Shown here: piece after piece, positions 48,178-57,788 of the stretch
How positions within the stretch are numbered: the stretch's first letter is position 1
Layout: every line of letters begins with the position of its first letter
Source of the DNA: Promethearchaeota archaeon
GTDB taxonomy: Archaea > Asgardarchaeota > Lokiarchaeia > Sigyniarchaeales > SOKP01
NCBI GenBank assembly: GCA_019058445.1
Contig: JAHPZA010000004.1
Span: forward strand, 1-64,000
Length of the DNA: 64,000 nucleotides
Direction of reading: 5' to 3'
Made by a program: the position numbers and the translations under genes
The notes under the pieces: model-generated
Told to the model about the DNA's origin: nothing
The model's input: only the letters and a program-made list of their open reading frames with translations
Database searches by the model: none

Positions 48178-48990
48178 TTATATATTTAGATTGTTATTTG
48201 GAAGCGTCAAAGCTTTATTCCAATAGTAATCGAACACATCTGCCATCCATTTTGCTCCTTGATTATGGGTTATTTTCCAACTCTGTCTAAAATCAGCTTG
48301 TTCTGATTTATTAAAGAACGCACATCCTAAATGATTCAATGGAAATAATATAATGTGGACGGGAAACGTTGGTAAATAGCGGAAGTCATTTAACGACACA
48401 ATGTTTTCATATTTATTTATAAACTGCCATGGTGTAATTTTAACAGTTTCCAGACTTTCCAATGAAATAATAAATTTATAATCAAAATCATAAGCGGAGG
48501 TTTTTACAGTTGAGGCGATTATTGTTCCGATGCTCGCATCAAGGTTTAAATCAAATGATCCCATTACTTTTGCGTTAAACATTAGCTCTCTTTGCTGCTC
48601 ATCTTGAAAATTTTTAACAATTTCACCAAGAAATGAGGGTGCTTCGATAACTTGAGTAGGGTCTAATTCATAAATCCTAGAAAGAAATTGAATTGGTATA
48701 TCATGAAGCTCATAATTAGAGAGAAAATTAAATGAATTGGAGATTGTTTTAAGCGGTTCAAGGAATTTTTGAATAGTTTTCCATATAGGTTTTACAGAAT
48801 AGAATTTTTCTCCTTGAATAAATTGAGTATCTAATAATTTATCAAGGTGATCTTTAACTGTAGGTGGTGGGATATTCAATTTAGAAGCAATAGTTGATAA
48901 GCGTAAGTCTTTTTCATGTTCATCGAGTAATCTAAGGATTTCCTGCCGCCTCTGAGAAGAGAGTGCTTTTAAAAATTCATAAAAGTCCAT
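48178..48990 (-). CDS. ArsR-like wHTH regulator with DUF1724-like domain
   Basis: ALSSQRRQEILRLL, LSTIASKLNIPPPTVKDHLDKL, IPIQFLSRIYEL, WMADVFDYYW. Confidence 0.8.
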   Translation of the reverse strand: MDFYEFLKALSSQRRQEILRLLDEHEKDLRLSTIASKLNIPPPTVKDHLDKLLDTQFIQGEKFYSVKPIWKTIQKFLEPLKTISNSFNFLSNYELHDIPIQFLSRIYELDPTQVIEAPSFLGEIVKNFQDEQQRELMFNAKVMGSFDLNLDASIGTIIASTVKTSAYDFDYKFIISLESLETVKITPWQFINKYENIVSLNDFRYLPTFPVHIILFPLNHLGCAFFNKSEQADFRQSWKITHNQGAKWMADVFDYYWNKALTLPNNNLNI

Positions 48991-49022
48991 ATAGGTGAAG
49001 TATTTACATATGTTTATTTATT

Positions 49023-49041
49023 TTTCGGAAAAACCCGAAAA
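49023..49041 (-). promoter_or_regulatory. Putative operator, paralogous to 18577-18595
   Basis: Minus strand TTTTCGGGTTTTTCCGAAA, 32 bp upstream of the ATG at 48990. Confidence 0.65.
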
Positions 49042-49215
49042 ATTAGGATAAGCATTATTTTTCGCTAAAAATCGAGATTTATAATGGAATATAAGAAATA
49101 ATGAATTTCTTATGCTTTATTGGGCAAAGCTTAAATATAAAATGTGATATAGTAGAAACAACTAAAAATTTATAATGAAATCAAACTTAAAAAAGTAATA
49201 CATTAAAAAAACAAA

Positions 49216-50646
49216 TTGCTAATAGTGAAGATTATGGATTTAAATGAATTCAAAATCGAATTGGAAAAAGTTGTAGATAATAACCATATTATCAAGGATC
49301 AAGATAGGATCAACAGATATTCCCAAGATCAGCATTACCCGCTAATAGAGGAAAAAATACCAGAATTAGTTGTGATTCCAGAATCTTTAGAAGAAGTACA
49401 GCAAATTGTAATAGTTGCAAATCAATTCAAAATACCAATTATTCCTAAAAGCTCAGAAAAAAGCCGTTATGGGGGTACAATGGCAAATAATGGCGGACTA
49501 ATAGTTGATTTAGGAAAGTTAAATCGAATTGTGTCTGTTGATGATACAAACATGCATGTTGTAGTCGAACCAGGAGTTACATTTAAACAATTACAGAACG
49601 AGTTAGATAATTATAAACTTAGAATCCTTCCTACAATTTTTTCTAGTTCCGACTCGATTATCTCCTCTTATTTAGCGCGATATCCAACATATTCCATGGC
49701 TAAGTTTGAATATACCGATTTAGTTGTAAATCTTGAGATTGTTTTAGGGAATGGAGAGATCTTCCGAACTGGATCCTGGGCATCGGTAAAAAGCCCTCCG
49801 GTTTATCCCTATGGGTCTTCTTTAGATTTCTTTAGAATCTTTCACGGAGCGAGAGGTGGATTAGGAATTATTACAAAAGCTTCAATTCGGGTTAAGCCTA
49901 AACCTTTGGTTCAAGAGATAGTATCTGTTCCGTTTTTTACTCATAAAGATTTTGTAAATTTTGTGTATGATGTTCAGAGAAAAGAAATGGGAATTGAATG
50001 TATAGTTTTGAACAAAATAAATGCTCTGAATTATTTACATGTTGAAGATAAATCTATGGATTTTCCTAATTGGATTTTTTTGATTTGTCTGGAGGGACCT
50101 CAGAGATTTCCAGAGGAAAAGATTGAATATGAAAAAGAAGCATTAAATAGGCTTATTAAAAAACATTCTATAAACTTAAAAATGAATAATTTAATCAATC
50201 AATTAGAGCAGAAGATATTAAATGAATTTAATACACCTCAAGATCTCAAGAAAAAATCATATGATCTACCGGTATATCTAACTTTAAATAAATTTCCAGA
50301 GATTTATTCAATTATTCAAAACGAATTAAGTCAAACTAACGAAGATAAAACTGATTTGGGAGTCTCTATTATCCCTGTTGAGCGAAATCGTACAGCGTAT
50401 GTTGAATTTGATCTTTACCCCGCGTTAAATACTGAACGACAAATTACTGAATTTAAAACATTGTTTAGAAATTTAGGTGAATTAGCTTTAAAAGCGGGAG
50501 CGATTATTGATATTCCTTATGGTCCTTTAAAACAAGTAGTGTATTCCAAAGTTGGGAATTATTTAGCTTTAATCAAAGATGTAAAAGATATTTTTGATCC
50601 AAATAATATTATGAATCCTGGAAAAATAGAAAAGGAGGTGATCTAA
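49216..50646 (+). CDS. FAD-binding oxidoreductase, VAO/GlcD family
   Basis: PELVVIP, VDLGKLNRI, VEPGVT, RTGSW, GIITKA, DPNNIMNPG; probable start 49234. Confidence 0.88.
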   Translation: MLIVKIMDLNEFKIELEKVVDNNHIIKDQDRINRYSQDQHYPLIEEKIPELVVIPESLEEVQQIVIVANQFKIPIIPKSSEKSRYGGTMANNGGLIVDLGKLNRIVSVDDTNMHVVVEPGVTFKQLQNELDNYKLRILPTIFSSSDSIISSYLARYPTYSMAKFEYTDLVVNLEIVLGNGEIFRTGSWASVKSPPVYPYGSSLDFFRIFHGARGGLGIITKASIRVKPKPLVQEIVSVPFFTHKDFVNFVYDVQRKEMGIECIVLNKINALNYLHVEDKSMDFPNWIFLICLEGPQRFPEEKIEYEKEALNRLIKKHSINLKMNNLINQLEQKILNEFNTPQDLKKKSYDLPVYLTLNKFPEIYSIIQNELSQTNEDKTDLGVSIIPVERNRTAYVEFDLYPALNTERQITEFKTLFRNLGELALKAGAIIDIPYGPLKQVVYSKVGNYLALIKDVKDIFDPNNIMNPGKIEKEVI

Positions 50647-50647
50647 A

Positions 50648-51820
50648 ATGACCATTGACTTAGATGAGTATTATAAAATCATTCGAAACTGCAGTAAATG
50701 TGCCATGTGTCGTAATATGTCACCTTGGGAAATGCAGAGTAAGGAATTTAAGGATATATGTCCGAGTGGAACAAGATTTCTTTTTGAAGCGTATTTTGCT
50801 CCCGGAAAAATGGAACTCGCCCGGGCATTATTAGACAATGAAATTCAATATTCAGATCGTTTAGAACATATATTATTTGCATGTCCTTTATGCGGGGGGT
50901 GTCAGGCACAGTGTGAGGAGGTAAATATCATTAATCCCCTTGATGTAATGCAAGAATTAAGAAAAAGATATGTTGAAGCAAAAGGGCCTATACCGGCTCA
51001 TGCGAAATTTGCCGAAAGTATAAAAGAGTTGCATAATCCTTATAATGAACCTCATGAAAAGAGATTAGATTGGATTCCTGAAAATATAAATCTCAAGGAA
51101 GATGCTAAAATTGCTTATTTTGTGGGATGTACTTCCTCCTATAGAAGGGAAGAAATTGCGAAAGCAACGGCAAATGTGTTAAATTCATTAGGGGTTGAGT
51201 TTAATATCCTCCATCCAAATGAATGGTGTTGTGGCAGTCCATTATTTATGACAGGGCAAATTGATGCTGGAAAAGAAATGATGAAACATAATTTAGAAGT
51301 GATAAATGAAAAGAGAATTGAAACCTTAGTTTTTTCTTGTGCGGGATGTTATAAAACATTTAAGGAAACGTATCCGCAATTTGTCGGAGACTTAAATTTC
51401 AAAGTCTTTCATTTTACTGAATTTTTATCAGATTATTTCACCAAACACAAGATAGAACTTAAGCCTTACCCTAAAAGTATCACATATCACGATCCCTGTC
51501 ATTTAGGACGGCATTCTAAAGTATATGAAGCACCAAGAGAAGTCCTAACACAAGTACCGGGAATTAAATTAGTGGAAATGGAGAGAATTAAGGAAAATGC
51601 ATGGTGCTGTGGAGCAGGAGCAGGAGTATCATCAGCATATAAAGAATTTGCTTACTGGACTGCATCAGAAAGATTAAAAGAAGCAGAATCTACTGGTGCA
51701 GAAATTTTAACGACATCCTGTCCCTTTTGTATTACAAATTTCCTTGAAGCATCTAAAATGACTAATTGTTCATTTGAAATTATTCCCTTAATTAAAATTA
51801 TTGAGGAGAGTGTTAAATAA
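50648..51820 (+). CDS. Fe-S oxidoreductase with CCG domains
   Basis: CSKCAMC, CPLCGGCQAQC, YFVGC, CCGSP, YHDPCHLGR, CCGAG, CPFC. Confidence 0.92.
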   Translation: MTIDLDEYYKIIRNCSKCAMCRNMSPWEMQSKEFKDICPSGTRFLFEAYFAPGKMELARALLDNEIQYSDRLEHILFACPLCGGCQAQCEEVNIINPLDVMQELRKRYVEAKGPIPAHAKFAESIKELHNPYNEPHEKRLDWIPENINLKEDAKIAYFVGCTSSYRREEIAKATANVLNSLGVEFNILHPNEWCCGSPLFMTGQIDAGKEMMKHNLEVINEKRIETLVFSCAGCYKTFKETYPQFVGDLNFKVFHFTEFLSDYFTKHKIELKPYPKSITYHDPCHLGRHSKVYEAPREVLTQVPGIKLVEMERIKENAWCCGAGAGVSSAYKEFAYWTASERLKEAESTGAEILTTSCPFCITNFLEASKMTNCSFEIIPLIKIIEESVK

Positions 51821-53379
51821 TGGTTGAGTTAAAATTGTCTGATTTACATCCAGAAGTGTATTCAAAATTGGAGAAAATTGTTGGAAAAGAGAATATTTCT
51901 GATGACCCTTCAATTCTAATAGTGCACTCACGTGATCAGTCTCCTTTTGCTAATTTAAAGCCTACTCCTCCAGAATTCGTAGTTTTGCCTGAAAGCACAG
52001 AGCAGATTCAAGAAATTATGAAGGTGTCAAATGAATATAAAATTCCTGTCGTAGTTCAAAATACAGGTGTTAATGTTGCGGGTTGTTGCGTTCCCTCTGA
52101 AATCGGTTCGATCTTAGTTCATCTGAGACGTTTAAATCATATCATTGAGATTGATAATCGTAATATGTTTGCAACTGTCCAACCTCACGTGAATTACGCT
52201 GAATTGCAAGCAGAAACCATGAAAAAGGGTTTATGGCTTCCTGCTCCCGCGGCACCTTCTACTGTAGGAATTATATCTAATATGTTGTATTGTGGAATGT
52301 CTTGGTGTATGGTTAAATATGGATACGAAAGACGCGCAATTATTTCAATGACGTGGGTTACTCCCGAGGGAAAATTAATAAAAACGGGGTCTCCTTCTTT
52401 AAAAGATTTAGGACATTTCTGGTGGAACGGACCCGGACCAGATTTAAAGGGCTTATTGATAGGCAGTGTTGGGGAATTAGGGATTTGTACCGAAATGACA
52501 GTGAAATTATTTCCATGGGTGGGGGGCGCGAAATTAAGGTTAGAAGAACCTCCTGAGAACACAAAATTTTTCATTATTTCTTATAGGTCTGGTGAGAAGA
52601 TGCTCCTAGGATTGCAAGAATTAGGGCGGGCCGATATCGCCACAATAGTTACTAGGATGCCAATGGAATGGTCGATCTTAGGTATGCCAAAATCTTACGA
52701 AAAATCTAAAGAATTGTGGAATAATAAAGAGCAATTAAAAACATTTCTTCAATATAATATATTCGTTTGTTTACAAGCAATAACTTCTCACAAACAACTT
52801 GCATATGGGGAAAAAGTAATCAAGCAAATTGCTAAAGAAACAAATGGGTTGGTTTTTAATCCAGAGATGCTCCAAAAAATACGTCCAAAAAATATGGAAG
52901 GGATTCAACAGGAAGGAATGTTTAATGAATTCTTTAGAGCTAAAATATCCCCTCGAATTATGCGATTTAAAGGGGGGTTTATGCCCGCGTTTTTTCCTCA
53001 AGAGCCTATAATAAATTCTCTTAAGTCTGAAAATTTGATGGAAGAAACGCTCAAAGAATTTCCAATTTATCCACATGATCTTTATAGCAGCTGTGTAGTT
53101 CCGGTAGATATGGGACATTTTGGTTTACATGAATTAGATATTTTCTATGATCAAAACTCTCCAGAAGAATTAAAGGCAACCTTAGAATTTGCTGGTAAAG
53201 TACAAAAACTCGCCCAATCACAACACAATACGTGGCCTGCTCATAATGAGTGGAAATCATACCACTGGGACGTAGTGAAAGAGATACCAGAATTTAAAAT
53301 TCAGAAATTAATAACTGAAAAAGTTAAAAATTTATTTGATCCGAATAAAATAATGAATCCCGGTAAATGGTTAAAATAA
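51820..53379 (+). CDS. FAD-binding oxidoreductase, VAO/GlcD family
   Basis: PEFVVLP, LRRLNHI, KTGS, GPGPDL...GELGIC, DPNKIMNPG. Confidence 0.9.
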   Translation: MVELKLSDLHPEVYSKLEKIVGKENISDDPSILIVHSRDQSPFANLKPTPPEFVVLPESTEQIQEIMKVSNEYKIPVVVQNTGVNVAGCCVPSEIGSILVHLRRLNHIIEIDNRNMFATVQPHVNYAELQAETMKKGLWLPAPAAPSTVGIISNMLYCGMSWCMVKYGYERRAIISMTWVTPEGKLIKTGSPSLKDLGHFWWNGPGPDLKGLLIGSVGELGICTEMTVKLFPWVGGAKLRLEEPPENTKFFIISYRSGEKMLLGLQELGRADIATIVTRMPMEWSILGMPKSYEKSKELWNNKEQLKTFLQYNIFVCLQAITSHKQLAYGEKVIKQIAKETNGLVFNPEMLQKIRPKNMEGIQQEGMFNEFFRAKISPRIMRFKGGFMPAFFPQEPIINSLKSENLMEETLKEFPIYPHDLYSSCVVPVDMGHFGLHELDIFYDQNSPEELKATLEFAGKVQKLAQSQHNTWPAHNEWKSYHWDVVKEIPEFKIQKLITEKVKNLFDPNKIMNPGKWLK

Positions 53380-53399
53380 AATAAAAATTACAAAAAATT

Positions 53400-53831
53400 T
53401 TATTTTTTATGTTTTGGCTTCAAATTTTGAGCAATATAATATCCAATTAGAAAAACAGCTGTTAATGGAATTCGAATAGCATATGATTGAATTAGTCCAT
53501 TTAATGTTAAAAAAGTATTTCCTGCACTAAATAATAATAGATCATATACCATTCCCATTATAATAACGGGAAAAGCAGTCATTAGTAATAAGTCTTTTCT
53601 CTCAATAGGTTTTTGATCACCCCAAATAAGTAGAATAGTCCATCCAATCATAAGACCCGTTCCATGGCGTAAAGCAAGTTTGGCCTGATCTGAAGGATAT
53701 AATAACTCTAGATATACATAAGTATTAAAAACCATATATAATGTCATATCTATCGCCATCAAGGCATCTAATACTGCTCCAAGCCAATAGCAAAATCTAA
53801 CAAATATTATTTTACTTTTTTCTGAATTCAT
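53400..53831 (-). CDS. Small 4-TM membrane protein (KPIER family, copy 4)
   Basis: YWLGAVLDA and GWTILLIWGDQKPIERK; start at 53831 gives an ATGA overlap with the upstream gene (ORF track starts at 53852). Confidence 0.8.
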   Translation of the reverse strand: MNSEKSKIIFVRFCYWLGAVLDALMAIDMTLYMVFNTYVYLELLYPSDQAKLALRHGTGLMIGWTILLIWGDQKPIERKDLLLMTAFPVIIMGMVYDLLLFSAGNTFLTLNGLIQSYAIRIPLTAVFLIGYYIAQNLKPKHKK

Positions 53832-54280
53832 TGTAGATCTCCATCGTTCCATTTGGAGTTTATCTTCTTCAATTGATTTGCTATAATAAACCCAATTAGC
53901 ATTAGAATCATTAAAATCATCTGAATGATAAATGATATTAAATTAGTTCCCAATGAACTCGATTTATTTCCTAACAACAGCAGGACTAAGTCAAGAAGTA
54001 TGCCTAGCAATAGTAGAGGTAGCGCTGTGAATATTAAGATAATTCTTCTTTCTACTGGTTTTTGAACCGCCCAGATTAATAGAATTGTCCATCCAATTAC
54101 AAGCGGAATCACTTGTCTTGCTAAAAATTGAGTTATAGGTGTTAAAGTAGGATATTGCAAATATATTGTTGTACCAAATAAAACATATAATAACAAATCA
54201 CCTGCTAACAGCGCGTCTAAAATTGCAGCTAACCAATAACAAAATCGTATAAATAACATTCTTTTTTGTTTAGATTCCAC
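53828..54280 (-). CDS. Small 4-TM membrane protein (KPIER family, copy 3)
   Basis: YWLAAILDA and GWTILLIWAVQKPVERR. Confidence 0.8.
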   Translation of the reverse strand: MESKQKRMLFIRFCYWLAAILDALLAGDLLLYVLFGTTIYLQYPTLTPITQFLARQVIPLVIGWTILLIWAVQKPVERRIILIFTALPLLLLGILLDLVLLLLGNKSSSLGTNLISFIIQMILMILMLIGFIIANQLKKINSKWNDGDLQ

Positions 54281-54301
54281 TTATAATTTCACTTCCTCTT
54301 T

Positions 54302-54715
54302 TTAACTTTGACTTTCTTTTAATGCCAAATAAAAACAAATGATATAATAGACTGCAAATATTACTCGCTGTATAGTATAGCCTAACATCATTTCAAAAGC
54401 TATTAATTCGAAATTAAAAGCTAGCATCGTGGAAATCTGTAATCCAAAAACAGGTATTAATGTAAGCAGAAACATATCTCTTCGTTCGATTGGTTTTCGA
54501 TCGGCCCATATTAATAGAAAAGTCCATGCAAACACTAAAGAAGCTGCTAGACACATCGCATATTGATATTGAATCCCTCCTAGAATCGAAAGGCCTAATC
54601 CCGTAAAAGGTGACTGAGTGCCCATAAATGCCGAAAAAAACATTTCAATACCTAAAAGAGCATCTCCTAAAGCACCATACCAATAGCCTATCCTTATTAT
54701 CAATTTTTTATTCAT
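54302..54715 (-). CDS. Small 4-TM membrane protein (KPIER family, copy 2)
   Basis: YWYGALGDA and AWTFLLIWADRKPIERR. Confidence 0.8.
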   Translation of the reverse strand: MNKKLIIRIGYWYGALGDALLGIEMFFSAFMGTQSPFTGLGLSILGGIQYQYAMCLAASLVFAWTFLLIWADRKPIERRDMFLLTLIPVFGLQISTMLAFNFELIAFEMMLGYTIQRVIFAVYYIICFYLALKESQS

Positions 54716-54737
54716 AACTTATCATCTTCATTTTTAC

Positions 54738-55121
54738 TTATTTCTCTAAATTTAAACTGATATAATAACTAATTAACAAAGGAGGCATTATTGCGACTAC
54801 TTGAAATAGCCATATATTTGCTAATCCAGTAAAATCGACTAATATTTCAGTTAGAATTAAACCTGAAACGACGGGAAATGCCGTTAACAGCAAAACACCG
54901 TTTCTTTCAATTGGTTTTAAACTCCCCCAGAATAGCAGGCCAGTCCATCCAAGCATTAATGCAGCAGCCCAGCCCATGGCAAATTGGTAATCCATAGATG
55001 AGCTGGAATAGGGTATAATCATGGTTTTCGTATATATCGAAATTACCATCAAAATACCCATTAAACCGTCTAAAAATGTACCATACCAATACACTCCTCT
55101 TATAAAACGCTTTTTATCCAT
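54738..55121 (-). CDS. Small 4-TM membrane protein (KPIER family, copy 1)
   Basis: YWYGTFLDG and GWTGLLFWGSLKPIERN. Confidence 0.8.
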   Translation of the reverse strand: MDKKRFIRGVYWYGTFLDGLMGILMVISIYTKTMIIPYSSSSMDYQFAMGWAAALMLGWTGLLFWGSLKPIERNGVLLLTAFPVVSGLILTEILVDFTGLANIWLFQVVAIMPPLLISYYISLNLEK

Positions 55122-55137
55122 TTTTTAAACCTTCCTT

Positions 55138-55644
55138 TTAATTTTTATTTTTATGATTCATTAAAGATTTAATATAGTCTGAGTCAATTTGCGTTCTTAA
55201 TAAATCAGATTGACCAATAGATATTGTATTTCCATTAATATGAGAAATCTTAGCTGTAGCATGAATCACGCTTCGACCTTCTCGTATGACTTTAGCATTC
55301 ACTCTAATTTTATCTCCTACTTTTGCCTTTCCTAAGTAATTAATTTGTAAATTAATTGAGATTGAAAAGCTTTCAAGGCCTAAAGTTGCAACTGTGATTC
55401 CAATTATATCATCCATAAGAGTACACTGCATGCCTCCATGTAATAAACCCAGAGGATTTGTCATTTCTGGTTGAGTAATAAATTCTACTTCAACCTCTCC
55501 TCGCTCAGCTGATACTATTTTTCCATTAAAAGCTGAAGTTACCATTGGAGATTTATGAACATTGGGCATAGTTCTACCTATTACAGATTTTAATAGGCCT
55601 AGAATTTGTTCAGATTTGTTTTTCTTATCTTTTATATCAGACAT
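55138..55644 (-). CDS. PaaI family hotdog-fold thioesterase
   Basis: NPLGLLHGGMQCTLMDD, SINLQINYL. Confidence 0.92.
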   Translation of the reverse strand: MSDIKDKKNKSEQILGLLKSVIGRTMPNVHKSPMVTSAFNGKIVSAERGEVEVEFITQPEMTNPLGLLHGGMQCTLMDDIIGITVATLGLESFSISINLQINYLGKAKVGDKIRVNAKVIREGRSVIHATAKISHINGNTISIGQSDLLRTQIDSDYIKSLMNHKNKN

Positions 55645-55684
55645 TTTGTTTCTAACAAAGATGTTTTTTTTTATATTAATATTT

Positions 55685-55715
55685 TTTTAATATTAATAAT
55701 TTATTAATATTAAAA
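55685..55715. promoter_or_regulatory. 31-bp palindrome in the divergent paaI/padR promoter
   Basis: TTTTAATATTAATAA-T-TTATTAATATTAAAA, 15-bp perfect arms. Confidence 0.5.
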
Positions 55716-55760
55716 TATTTATAATATATAAAGATTTGTAATTAAATATAATCTTAAGAA

Positions 55761-56699
55761 GTGAGATATATGACAGTTAAAAAAGACCAATTTTTTAAGA
55801 AAATCACAAGAGCTGCCGCCGAATTTACAATTCTTTCGATTTTAGCAGAGAAAGGTGTAGCTCATCCCTATGAAATTCAAGAATTAGTTCAAGATGAACT
55901 TCTTAAAAAATATCGATTTCAAATTGAAAGTATTAAATCATTTATAGAAATTTCGGAAGCGATTATTTCTAACTTTAATGATCCGAAACATCAAAAGCAG
56001 AAAGATGTTAATCAAATTTTAAAAGGGACTAAAGATCCTCTCTTTGGCCATTTTGGAAAGATTTTTTTAGGAAAGGTAAAAGATAATAAGGATTTATTAC
56101 TTGATTTGGAACAGCTTAAAGAGGATGCGAAGAGCATACTAATTCGGAGGGGATCTGAATTAAAAATATGGGAACATATTCATTCAATTTACCAAGTAAT
56201 AAAAGAATTGAAAGAAAGAGAATTGATTGAAGAAGCTAGAACTGAGACAATTAAGGGGCGCACCAGAAAACTTTATAGAATTACAGATAGAGGAAGAAAT
56301 GAAGCTTTAAAAATGATTATTTTATTTGCAGATTTGAATCAAGTTATCATACCAAAAGCATTAATTTTTCAGGATAATTTAAATATTTTATTTCAAACGC
56401 ATTTAGATATCCTTTTTCAAATATTTAATAAAATTTTTCCTAATAAATCGATCTTTGATATTTTGCATGAAATAGAATCTTCTTTTCCTCAAGTTCAAAA
56501 AACGTTTGAAGGACTATTTCCATTATTAGATAACGATTTGTTGCTAATTTCCCTTTTATTAGAAGATTTCATTACCTCAGAGAGCATAAATCTAGCAGAA
56601 TTATCACCTAATCAACAACAATTATTTAAACACCTACTATTGAACCACCTTAAAAAACACCGTAAAAAATTAGATGATGTTATAAAAAATCTGGAATAA
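55761..56699 (+). CDS. PadR-like regulator with a long internal insertion
   Basis: ILSILAEKGVAHPYEI ... SIYQVIKELKERELIE ... GRTRKLYRITDRGR. Confidence 0.75.
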   Translation: MRYMTVKKDQFFKKITRAAAEFTILSILAEKGVAHPYEIQELVQDELLKKYRFQIESIKSFIEISEAIISNFNDPKHQKQKDVNQILKGTKDPLFGHFGKIFLGKVKDNKDLLLDLEQLKEDAKSILIRRGSELKIWEHIHSIYQVIKELKERELIEEARTETIKGRTRKLYRITDRGRNEALKMIILFADLNQVIIPKALIFQDNLNILFQTHLDILFQIFNKIFPNKSIFDILHEIESSFPQVQKTFEGLFPLLDNDLLLISLLLEDFITSESINLAELSPNQQQLFKHLLLNHLKKHRKKLDDVIKNLE

Positions 56700-56813
56700 A
56701 TAAATTTCACTTAAATTTTGCCACAAAATTCAAAAATTTATAATTGCTCTAATTTTAATACCATTATTTAGAGTAAAGATTTTAAAAGGAAAGAGTTTAG
56801 ATTGTAAAAAATT

Positions 56814-57578
56814 TTAACCTACGTTTTGTTTTTCAAATTTTTCCCAGAAATAAAATAAAATATATTTTCCAACAAGATATGCCAGTAAAATGCCTGCGAT
56901 TTCGTCTATAATATAATGTTGTTTTATGAATAGGGTAGAAAGTATTACACCAATAGCAATGATGAAAGTCGCTATTGCTATAGTTTTAGTAATCACATGG
57001 GGTTTGATTTTATAATATCGATACCAAGCATAAAAGATAATTGTAGATATTGAAGCGTGGAGACTAGGAAAACAATTAAAAGAAGTATCAGTGTGATAAA
57101 TGTTATAGACCTGATCGGCCCAAAAATTACCTCTTATTTTATGAGCTAAAAGTTCTTGTCTATACCAATAAGTTGATACAGGGAAAAAAATGTAAATAAT
57201 GATTGAAAGAGCATTTATTATCACTAATGCCCAGCCAAGCGCTACACCCTTTTCTGATTCTATAAATGCAAAAAAGATCATAGAGATTATAACCATAGGA
57301 TAGAATAAAAACAAATAAAAAATTACCATTTCTGGGACAAATGGAATTAAATCATCAAGACCGAAAAATATAAAATCCAAATGATAACCTGTCCCTTCTG
57401 GATATAAACTACCTGTCCAGTTATATAGAATTGTATTTAAAATTAGATAAAACAAAACCAACATTAAAAATAAATTTACTAGAATATATGTGATTCTTTT
57501 ACTCCAAAGAGTGGATTTTCCCTTAAAAAATATTTTTTCAATCCCATTTTGTATTTTATCATGAATTTTTATAAGCAT
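56814..57578 (-). CDS. PAP2-superfamily membrane protein (AUR1/IPC-synthase-like)
   Basis: NCFPSLHAS and KQHYIIDEIAG catalytic motifs; about 6 TM. Confidence 0.85.
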   Translation of the reverse strand: MLIKIHDKIQNGIEKIFFKGKSTLWSKRITYILVNLFLMLVLFYLILNTILYNWTGSLYPEGTGYHLDFIFFGLDDLIPFVPEMVIFYLFLFYPMVIISMIFFAFIESEKGVALGWALVIINALSIIIYIFFPVSTYWYRQELLAHKIRGNFWADQVYNIYHTDTSFNCFPSLHASISTIIFYAWYRYYKIKPHVITKTIAIATFIIAIGVILSTLFIKQHYIIDEIAGILLAYLVGKYILFYFWEKFEKQNVG

Positions 57579-57788
57579 TCACCATGAATTATAATAAAAC
57601 TCAAATCAAAATTCAATAATTCTATATTTAAACTTAATTCATATAAATTAAATAGACTAAAAAAGAAAATTTGAATAGAATAAGACTATCTGTTGTGCTA
57701 TAAAAGTATTATTATTTTAATTTTTGACAACATAAAAAGTTAAATTTTCAACTAGAAAATTCAAAAAAGAGATTAATTTCTAATATTT

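Noticed and set aside
42944-53379. Possible selenocysteine (TGA) recoding in the Fe-S/FAD genes
   Set aside because: All Cys motifs are complete and the ORFs are full length, so no read-through is needed.
1061-55089. Many 60-130 aa ORFs nested in or antisense to larger genes (e.g. 1061, 8499, 14574, 22227, 43048, 47550, 52194)
   Set aside because: Shadow frames of well-supported genes, with no SD or motifs.
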